DNA of 14,143 nt from Chlamydiia bacterium (GTDB lineage: Bacteria > Chlamydiota > Chlamydiia > Chlamydiales > 2-12-FULL-49-11). The first letter of the stretch is position 1. Each line of letters begins with the position of its first letter. Below the pieces are notes generated by a model. The model worked only from the letters and a program-made list of their open reading frames with translations. It ran no database searches and had not been told where the DNA came from. This document shows positions 7,494 to 14,143 of the stretch, piece after piece. The DNA is taken from positions 1 to 14,143 of the forward strand of contig JBIKLZ010000032.1 of NCBI GenBank assembly GCA_044359535.1, written 5' to 3'. The position numbers and the translations under genes were made by a program.

Positions 7494-10400
7494 TTAAGAG
7501 TGTACCTCTTCACCTTCAATAATGTCAAGAACTGGATCAAAGGACTTAAAAGAGCCTTTCATTTCTTCAGAAGATTCAATCCCCCTTGTCTCTTCAATAT
7601 AGAGCTTTCCGACCCTTTTTTCATTCGAAATAAAGTGGACTTCCAAAGGCCTTGAACCTGGAAAATTTTTTATCATTGTCTTTAAAATAAGGACCCTTTT
7701 CATCGTCATTTTTTCGATATCTAGATGCAGTTGTACAGGGACCATTTTTTTTTGTTCTTTAAGATCATTGCTTACCCTCTTTTTTATACTTTTACTCGCT
7801 TTATTAAAGGAGGCTTCAATCTCTTCTCCCTTTTCTTTGATCTCTTCTAATCTAAACATATCTTTACAAGAAAGACGAAGCGCCCCTTCATTATCATCGG
7901 TAGATAAAATTCCAATATAGAGGGCATTTTCTTCTAAAATGGGGGCAATTTTCTCGTAAAGATCGGGCCAAATGGGGATTTCAAAGCGCTGATCTCCGTC
8001 ACTTACCACACAAATAGCAAATTTCTTTTTCGTCCTTTGAGCCACTTTTACATTGACCCCATCCATTACAAAAGGGACCTTAAAAACCTCTTGAGGGGCC
8101 CCTTCCATCACCTCTAAAAAGCTTTTACAACCAAGAGCCTCGACAGCCTCTTTATAGCTTCCTAATGGATGGCCTGTGACGTAAAAGCCTAAAAGTTCCC
8201 TTTCATACTTCAATTTTTCAAGATCTTCAAACTCTTCATCACTAGGGGGAGGAGCTTTTTCATTTTTTCCCATCTCTTGATCAGAAAAAAAATCTAAAAT
8301 CCCTTTCTTTTTCTCCTTTTTCACTTTTGAGATCCTCTCAAATTGGTCTTGTAAATAAAGAAAAAGTTGCTTTCGCTTCCATCCTGTGTAGTCAAAGCAG
8401 CCGGCTAAAATCAAGTTCTCCACCATTTTTTTTCCAACGGAAGAAAAATCCACCCGTGTGAGAAAATTTTCTAATGAGTGAAAAGGCCCCCCTTTTCTAC
8501 GCTGATGAGAAATTTCTAAGACCACCCCTTCTCCTACCCCTTTTATCGCTGAAAGGGCAAATCGTACCCCTTTATCGGTAGCAATAAAATAGGGATACGA
8601 CTCATTGATATCAGGGGGTAAAATAGGGATTCCCATATTCAAAGCTTCAGCAATATGTTTTGACACTTTTGAAATATCTTGCATGTCAGAGGTCATTAAC
8701 CCAGCTGTCCATTCATAAGGAAAATTGGCCTTTAAATAGGCTGTTACGTAGCTAATGTAGCCATAGGCTGTAGCATGTGATTTATTAAATCCGTAGGAAG
8801 CAAATTTCTCTACCTTATTGAAAATAGCCAATGCTTGCTCTTCATTGACCCCTTTTTCCTTTGCCCCTTGTCGAAATTTTTCCCTTTGTCTTCCCATCTC
8901 TTCGTGATCTTTTTTACCCATCGCACGACGTAAGACATCCCCTTCTCCTAAACTATATCCAGCAAGTAATGAGGCAATCTGCATCACCTGCTCTTGATAG
9001 ACCATAATGCCATAGGTCTCTTTTAAAATGTCTACAAGCCCTTTATGATCATATTCTATCTTTTCTTTACCATGCTTACGATTGATAAATGAAGGGATCA
9101 TATCCATCGGCCCTGGTCTATATAAAGCGCCCACAGCAATAATTTCTTCAAAGCAATCAACATGCAGTTGTTTCACAAGTTCTTGCATACCCAAAGACTC
9201 TAACTGAAATATCCCAGAAGTTTTACCCTGATTTAAAAGCTCAAAGGTTTTTTTATCATGAAGGGATAAGTTCACCCAATCTAAATCAATCCCTTTATGC
9301 ATTGAGATGGCATCGACTGTTTTTTGAATCGAGGTCAAGGTTTTTAAACCTAAGAAGTCAATTTTCAACATCCCCACTTTTTCTACAGGCTTCATTGAAA
9401 ATTGAGTCACAAGTAAATCGGTGTCTTTTGCATTGCACACAGGGATTACATCTGTCAAGGGAAGCTCAGAAATAATCACCCCTGCAGCGTGAACCCCTGT
9501 ATTTCGAACGCTCCCTTCTAATTTCTTTGCTAAATCAATAAGGATTTTTACATCCTTTTCTTCATCAATTAACCGTTTAAGCTCTTTATCTAGTGCCACA
9601 GCTTGATCAATTGTTGCCCCCACTTCCTCAGGGATAAGCTTTGCAATGGCATTGACTTTTGATAGGGGGATATTTAACACCCTCCCCACATCTTTGATGG
9701 CCATTTTAGCTTTCATTGTACCGAAAGTAATAATTTGAGCAACTTTATCCGGTCCATATTTTTCAATGGTATATCGGATCACCTCTGAGCGACGCTCCAT
9801 ACAGATATCCACGTCAATATCGGGGTAGGAAATCCTTTCTGGGTTAATGAATCGCTCAAAAAAGAGATCAAAACCTAAAGGCTCAATATCGGTAATTCCT
9901 ATCAAATAAAGGATAATTGAACCGGCTCCAGAGCCCCTTCCAGGACCTACAGGGATTTTATTTCCCTTTGCCCAATGGATGAAATCATAGACAATTAATA
10001 AGTAATCGCTCATCCCTTTTGAAGTGATGATCTCTAATTCATAAGCAAGTCGAGAATGAATCACTTCCTTTGGGTCCTTTCCTGGATATTTTTCCTGCAC
10101 TCGGGAAAGGGCCTCATTTTGATACCTTTTTTCTATCCCCTCAAAAGATAATTTCTCTAAAAATGCGTTAGCTTCCCTTAATCTTTCTTCGGAAGTGACC
10201 TGTTTTCCAACAAGATGGGGGGGGGTGTAGACAGGGTAATGTTTTTTATCAAAATCAAACTCCATACTACAAAGATCGGCTATCTTATTTGTGTTTTCAA
10301 TCGCCTCTTCAAGACCCCTGTAGCGGTTAGCAACCTCTTCCTTGGATGGAAAAAAAAGATTAAAACTATGGGCAATTTTTCTTTTCGGATTTTTATAAAA

Positions 10401-11198
10401 TGTAGAGGGCTTACCATAAGCCCCTTGTTCTAATAGTTGTATTGTCTCCCCAGAAGCAATATTCATCATCACTTCATGGGCTAAAAAATCCTCTTTCTCC
10501 CCATAACGAATTTCAGGGGCAACAACAAGTGAAATGTGATGTTTTGCTCCAAGGATTTTGTAAGCAGAAAGCAACTCCTCTTGCGCTCTGTACGTTGCCT
10601 CCATTTTCTGCATCACCCATGGTTCAGTATCGACCCCACATTGCTTTAACTCACTTAAAGACATCCGATTTAAAGAAATCTGAAGATAAAAGTCATTAGC
10701 AAAAATCCTTTTGTAAAAGGCAATCTCCTCTTCTACCTCCTCTTCAGTTCCATGTAAAACAAGCTCCCCAAGAGGACTATCAAAAGGTCCAGAAAGGCAG
10801 ATCAACCCTTCACTATATCTTTCTAAAAGGCTCTTATCCACACGTGGTGTATAATAAAAGCCCTCTAAATGAGCGATAGAAGAGAGCTTGCATAAATTTT
10901 TATAGCCTTGCATATTTTTTGCAAGAAGGACAACAGGTCTTGCCGCAGCTTTTCCCCCTACTTTCTTTTTCTCAGTACATATCCCTTGGGCAACCATGAT
11001 TTCTAGCCCAATGATGGGTTTAATCCCCTCACTTTTACACTCCGTATAAAATTCGATACACCCAAAAAGGTTGCAAAAATCGGTTAACGCTAACGATGTT
11101 AAACCCAAGGCCTTTGCCTTTTTAACCACATCCTGTATAGAAAGGGTCCCATCTAAAATAGAGTATTGAGAGTGAAGATATAATGGAGTATAGTGCAT
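7494..11198 (-). CDS. dnaE: DNA polymerase III alpha subunit, 1234 aa
   Basis: HSQYSILDG, GPGRGSGAGS, FERFINPER, catalytic PDIDVD, KIDFLGL, YQEQVMQ, YGFNKSHA and ERELLGFYVTGHP motifs. AAGGA SD. No intein-sized insertion. Confidence 0.99.
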   Translation of the reverse strand: MHYTPLYLHSQYSILDGTLSIQDVVKKAKALGLTSLALTDFCNLFGCIEFYTECKSEGIKPIIGLEIMVAQGICTEKKKVGGKAAARPVVLLAKNMQGYKNLCKLSSIAHLEGFYYTPRVDKSLLERYSEGLICLSGPFDSPLGELVLHGTEEEVEEEIAFYKRIFANDFYLQISLNRMSLSELKQCGVDTEPWVMQKMEATYRAQEELLSAYKILGAKHHISLVVAPEIRYGEKEDFLAHEVMMNIASGETIQLLEQGAYGKPSTFYKNPKRKIAHSFNLFFPSKEEVANRYRGLEEAIENTNKIADLCSMEFDFDKKHYPVYTPPHLVGKQVTSEERLREANAFLEKLSFEGIEKRYQNEALSRVQEKYPGKDPKEVIHSRLAYELEIITSKGMSDYLLIVYDFIHWAKGNKIPVGPGRGSGAGSIILYLIGITDIEPLGFDLFFERFINPERISYPDIDVDICMERRSEVIRYTIEKYGPDKVAQIITFGTMKAKMAIKDVGRVLNIPLSKVNAIAKLIPEEVGATIDQAVALDKELKRLIDEEKDVKILIDLAKKLEGSVRNTGVHAAGVIISELPLTDVIPVCNAKDTDLLVTQFSMKPVEKVGMLKIDFLGLKTLTSIQKTVDAISMHKGIDLDWVNLSLHDKKTFELLNQGKTSGIFQLESLGMQELVKQLHVDCFEEIIAVGALYRPGPMDMIPSFINRKHGKEKIEYDHKGLVDILKETYGIMVYQEQVMQIASLLAGYSLGEGDVLRRAMGKKDHEEMGRQREKFRQGAKEKGVNEEQALAIFNKVEKFASYGFNKSHATAYGYISYVTAYLKANFPYEWTAGLMTSDMQDISKVSKHIAEALNMGIPILPPDINESYPYFIATDKGVRFALSAIKGVGEGVVLEISHQRRKGGPFHSLENFLTRVDFSSVGKKMVENLILAGCFDYTGWKRKQLFLYLQDQFERISKVKKEKKKGILDFFSDQEMGKNEKAPPPSDEEFEDLEKLKYERELLGFYVTGHPLGSYKEAVEALGCKSFLEVMEGAPQEVFKVPFVMDGVNVKVAQRTKKKFAICVVSDGDQRFEIPIWPDLYEKIAPILEENALYIGILSTDDNEGALRLSCKDMFRLEEIKEKGEEIEASFNKASKSIKKRVSNDLKEQKKMVPVQLHLDIEKMTMKRVLILKTMIKNFPGSRPLEVHFISNEKRVGKLYIEETRGIESSEEMKGSFKSFDPVLDIIEGEEVHS

Positions 11199-11207
11199 TA
11201 AAGGTCC

Positions 11208-12548
11208 TTATTCTGTCGGAAATGACTCCCTTTTATGAGGGACCCACACTAAAGAAAGTAATGAAAAGGCAAAGAGGGCACAAAGAAGAAGGATGATAAA
11301 AAAACTTCCCCACCCATAATCTTCAGCAATCTTTCCAAATGGATAACCAGCTGTTGTTGCTCCAACATAGGCAAACCACCCCACAAACCCCGTAGCGGTT
11401 CCTGCGGCCTTTTTATGAGCAAGTTCTGCTGCTTGCATCCCGATAAGCATTTGGGGTCCAAAAATTAAAAATCCTATACAAAACATAATGATATGGGCAT
11501 AAATGACCCCTCCAAAAGGGGTGAGCCAAAGACTTGCTGCAGCAATAATAACCCCCATAGAAAAAATGGCATTGATAGGCCCCCGTCTTCCATTAAAAAG
11601 TTTATCCGATAAAAACCCTGAGGCTAAACAACCTATAAACCCCCCTGCCTCAAATGTAAAGATACAGGCACCAGCGGATAACAGACTAAACCCTTTCACT
11701 TCATACAAGTACAATTGACCCCAATCATTGATTGCAGTTCTGACTACATAGACAAAAAAATAGGCAAACCCAAGGATCCAAATATATTTATTTCTTAAGA
11801 CAATATCTAAAAGAAGTTGTCTTTTAGACATTTTTTCACTCAACTTATCCCTTTCTGTGATCTTTTCACCTTTGTACTCTTCAATAGGGGGAAGGCCCAA
11901 GGATTCTGGAGTGTCACGAAGTCTGTTAATTAAAAAAAAGCCCATAAGGATGCATACAACCCCTGGAAAATACATTGCCATTCTCCATCCATAGGCGTTT
12001 GCAATCACTGCAACAATAATAGGGATGACAGCCCCCCCTAAATTATGTGAGGTCCCTTGAACTCCCCACCACCGCCCCCGTTCATTTTGTGCATACCAAT
12101 GGGTTAAAAACCGAGCACAAGGGGGCCATCCCCAACCTTGAAACCACCCATTTAACCCCCAAAAAATTCCAAAAAAAAGTAATGAGGAAGAAAGACCAAA
12201 ACAAATATTCCAAATTCCTGTGAGCATCAACCCAATAGCCATAAAATACCTTGGGTTGGATCGATCACTCATGATTCCACTAAAAAATTTTGAAATCCCA
12301 TAGGTGAAATACAGGATGCTCCCTAATATCCCTAAATCGGCCTTTGAAAAACCAAGTTCTTCAATCATTAAAGGCATTACAAAAGTAAAACTTTTTCTAG
12401 AAAGATAAAAAAAGGCATACCCTGCATACATCGCGTAAAAGGTCCGGATTCTCCAATAGGAATATTTTTCTTTAATAACTACAGGGTCAAGGATCCTTTC
12501 CCCTATTGGGGCATTTTGAAACATGGTAAATTTTTTAAATAATCCCAT
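11208..12548 (-). CDS. uhpC: MFS organophosphate:Pi antiporter family (UhpC/UhpT/GlpT), probable glucose-6-phosphate transporter, 446 aa
   Basis: Motifs YAFFYLSRKSF, SDRSNPRYFM, FQGWGWPPC, ERGRWW, SHNLGG, RDTP and FLIFGPQMLIG. About 12 TM helices. AAGGAAG SD. Chlamydial UhpC is an established G6P transporter. Confidence 0.93.
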   Translation of the reverse strand: MGLFKKFTMFQNAPIGERILDPVVIKEKYSYWRIRTFYAMYAGYAFFYLSRKSFTFVMPLMIEELGFSKADLGILGSILYFTYGISKFFSGIMSDRSNPRYFMAIGLMLTGIWNICFGLSSSLLFFGIFWGLNGWFQGWGWPPCARFLTHWYAQNERGRWWGVQGTSHNLGGAVIPIIVAVIANAYGWRMAMYFPGVVCILMGFFLINRLRDTPESLGLPPIEEYKGEKITERDKLSEKMSKRQLLLDIVLRNKYIWILGFAYFFVYVVRTAINDWGQLYLYEVKGFSLLSAGACIFTFEAGGFIGCLASGFLSDKLFNGRRGPINAIFSMGVIIAAASLWLTPFGGVIYAHIIMFCIGFLIFGPQMLIGMQAAELAHKKAAGTATGFVGWFAYVGATTAGYPFGKIAEDYGWGSFFIILLLCALFAFSLLSLVWVPHKRESFPTE

Positions 12549-12574
12549 CTACTTCCTTAAAATATTTCCCTACA

Positions 12575-12603
12575 ACTCTATCCACAGGTTTTCAAAAAGT
12601 CAA
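12575..12603 (-). promoter_or_regulatory. Putative sigma66/sigma70 promoter of the uhpC-dnaE-...-rsbW operon
   Basis: Minus strand: TTGACT (12603-12598), 17 nt spacer, TAGAGT (12580-12575). Gives a leader of about 20 nt that contains the SD. Confidence 0.7.
12578..12586 (+). promoter_or_regulatory. DnaA-box-like 9-mer
   Basis: CTATCCACA is an 8/9 match to TTATCCACA. It is followed after 2 nt by TTTTCAAAA, a 7/9 match to TTWTNCACA. Confidence 0.4.
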
Positions 12604-12625
12604 TCCTTTTTGATTCCAAAGAAGC

Positions 12626-12654
12626 TTTACATGTTTTTCCCTTTTGTCTATACT
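12626..12654 (+). promoter_or_regulatory. Putative sigma66/sigma70 promoter of hisS-aspS
   Basis: TTTACA (12626-12631), 17 nt spacer, TATACT (12649-12654), 6 nt, ATG 12661. Both boxes are 5/6 matches to consensus. Confidence 0.75.
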
Positions 12655-12660
12655 TCTCTC

Positions 12661-13947
12661 ATGGAAAAAAAACGGGTTAAAGGATGTTATGACAGATATC
12701 CACATGCAAAAGAAAGTTGGCAACAGCCTGAAATTTGGTCTTTTATCGATGTCATGATTGAAAAGATCACCCTCTTATATGGTTTTAAAGAGGTGGTTAC
12801 CCCCTCTTTTGAATATACAGAGCTTTTTACTCGATCTTCAGGGGAAGAAAGCGATATTGTGAGTAAAGAGATGTATACCTTTGAAGATAAAAAGGGACGC
12901 TCACTGTCCCTTCGCCCAGAACTTACTGCTCCCACCCTTCGGGCTTACATAGAACATGGTGGGGACCACCAAAAACGTACCAAGCTTTTTTATAAAGGTT
13001 CTTGTTATCGCTATGACAGAGCTCAAAAAGGAAGATATCGCCAATTTAATCAATTCGGAGTTGAGGTTCTTGGCCAAAAAGATCCTTTTGTCGATATTGA
13101 AGTGATTGCGATGGCAATGCATTTTTTCTCTCTTTTAGGGATTAAAAAGGCCACCCTTTTGATCAATTCCATTGGCTCAAAACAGAGCCGCTCATCCTAT
13201 GAAAAAGCCCTTGTTGCCTATTTTTCTAACTATACAGAGACCCTTTCTGAAGATAGCAAAAGGCGCCTTTTGAAAAATCCTTTAAGGATATTAGACTCTA
13301 AAGATCCTGCCGATATTTTGATATCTAAGAACTGCCCAAATATTTTAGATTATCTTGATATAGAGGAAAAGGCTCACTTTAACACCGTCCTTGAAGGGTT
13401 ATCCTCTCTTGGTATTGATTATAAAGTGGAGCCCCGTTTAGTAAGGGGACTTGATTATTACACCGATACTGTTTTTGAAATTGTGAGAGAAAATGACGGC
13501 TCTTCTCAAAATTCATTAGGCGGAGGGGGCAGATATGATGGACTTGTTCAAGCCCTTGGGGGCAAAGACGTCCCTGGAATAGGTTTTGGTCTTGGCCTTG
13601 AAAGGGTCATTCAGTATCTTTTAGATGAACATATAGAGATTGAAAAAAAGGATCGCCCTTATTATTACTGCATCGGACTAAACAACCCATCTAAAATGAT
13701 TTTAACCCCTTTTATTCAATCAGCCCGCCATGCAAACATCATTGCCGAAATGGATCCGACAACTTCTATAAAGGAGGGTCTTAAAAAAGCAAGTGAACTA
13801 GAGGCTCATTTTGCAATCCTTATCGGTGAAGATGAAATCAATCAAGGTGTCTATAAAATTAAAGACTTAAAAAAAAGACAGGAAGAGGTAAAAGGGCTTA
13901 ACACCCTCTTTTCTTTGTTGGAAAAAACCCCAGTGCCTTCAATATAA
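12661..13947 (+). CDS. hisS: Histidine--tRNA ligase, about 428 aa
   Basis: The typical HisRS N-terminus (VKGCYD..P) begins at ATG 12661. Motifs [47 protein letters not shown] and GFGLGLER. Confidence 0.98.
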   Translation: MEKKRVKGCYDRYPHAKESWQQPEIWSFIDVMIEKITLLYGFKEVVTPSFEYTELFTRSSGEESDIVSKEMYTFEDKKGRSLSLRPELTAPTLRAYIEHGGDHQKRTKLFYKGSCYRYDRAQKGRYRQFNQFGVEVLGQKDPFVDIEVIAMAMHFFSLLGIKKATLLINSIGSKQSRSSYEKALVAYFSNYTETLSEDSKRRLLKNPLRILDSKDPADILISKNCPNILDYLDIEEKAHFNTVLEGLSSLGIDYKVEPRLVRGLDYYTDTVFEIVRENDGSSQNSLGGGGRYDGLVQALGGKDVPGIGFGLGLERVIQYLLDEHIEIEKKDRPYYYCIGLNNPSKMILTPFIQSARHANIIAEMDPTTSIKEGLKKASELEAHFAILIGEDEINQGVYKIKDLKKRQEEVKGLNTLFSLLEKTPVPSI

Positions 13948-13961
13948 TAAAGCGAGAACTC

Positions 13962-14143
13962 ATGACAGCTACAACATTTAGATCCCATACCCTCCAAGAA
14001 CTTTCTAAAAAAAACATCGGAGAAACTGTCCGCTTATCTGGATGGGTTCACCGCAGAAGAGATCACGGCGGTCTTATTTTTATAGATTTAAGAGATCGTT
14101 ATGGGATCACACAAATTATCTTTGATCCAAAAATAGATCCCAT
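13962..14143 (+). CDS. aspS: Aspartate--tRNA ligase, N-terminal part only (runs off the right edge; not in the ORF track)
   Basis: Manual translation [60 protein letters not shown] matches the AspRS anticodon-binding OB fold. The hisS-aspS order is widely conserved. Confidence 0.97.
   Translation, partial: MTATTFRSHTLQELSKKNIGETVRLSGWVHRRRDHGGLIFIDLRDRYGITQIIFDPKIDP

Noticed and set aside
7490-7540. Longer start for the BamD-like gene
   Set aside because: It overlaps the 3' end of dnaE. ATG 7489 gives a classical MKK-hydrophobic signal peptide.
10217-10225. G9 run (C9 on the coding strand) in dnaE as a phase-variation or programmed frameshift site
   Set aside because: The gene is essential, the frame is intact, and the run simply encodes T-P-P-H.
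7494-11198. Intein or split in dnaE
   Set aside because: The length is normal and the FNKSH region is uninterrupted. The small insertions look like ordinary lineage-specific loops.
12523-12660. 46-aa N-terminal extension of HisS in the ORF track
   Set aside because: It overlaps the uhpC start head-to-head and spans both predicted promoters. HisRS similarity begins only at ATG 12661.
1283-13122. Short alternative-frame ORFs (1283-1474, 2163-2486, 2695-2913, 4038-4262, 4846-5046, 5158-5361, 10215-10433, 10442-10699, 11249-11461, 11503-11718, 12687-12935, 12901-13122)
   Set aside because: All lie wholly or mostly within well-supported genes and show no recognisable motifs, as expected for shadow ORFs.
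13943-13948. Perfect TATAAT upstream of aspS as an internal promoter
   Set aside because: It is formed by the last hisS codon plus tandem TAA stops. The nearest TTG-type -35 box is 19 nt away, so co-transcription with hisS is the simpler explanation.
1-14143. CRISPR array, tRNA/rRNA, IS or prophage, toxin-antitoxin or defence system, intrinsic terminators
   Set aside because: No repeat-spacer pattern, structured-RNA signature or mobile-element gene was seen. The largest intergenic gap is about 135 bp and contains promoter-like elements.

Overview
Gene-dense, AT-rich housekeeping region that looks like a member of the Chlamydiota, probably an environmental lineage rather than Chlamydia itself. 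This assignment is inferred from chlamydia-type protein signatures and from the gene order, which matches the C. trachomatis CT542-CT553 block as I recall it. Left to right: partial lnt (-), a DoxX-like membrane protein (-), an RsmB/Fmu m5C methyltransferase (+), a SurA-like chaperone (+), rsmA/ksgA (+), a D,D-carboxypeptidase (-), a conserved hypothetical protein (+), then a minus-strand operon transcribed uhpC-dnaE-BamD-like-LptE-like-rsbW, followed by hisS (+) and partial aspS (+). I see no mobile elements, CRISPR arrays, RNA genes or defence islands, and no clearly novel multi-gene system. The best hidden signals are regulatory and evolutionary. (1) Four genes (rsmB, surA-like, dacC, hisS) have a sigma70/sigma66-type -10 box ending 6-7 nt before the ATG and no Shine-Dalgarno, three of them with a -35 box at exactly 17 nt, which predicts leaderless mRNAs. 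(2) The DnaE PHP domain has lost most of its metal ligands, which predicts loss of intrinsic proofreading. (3) A DnaA-box-like site lies inside the promoter of the uhpC-dnaE operon.
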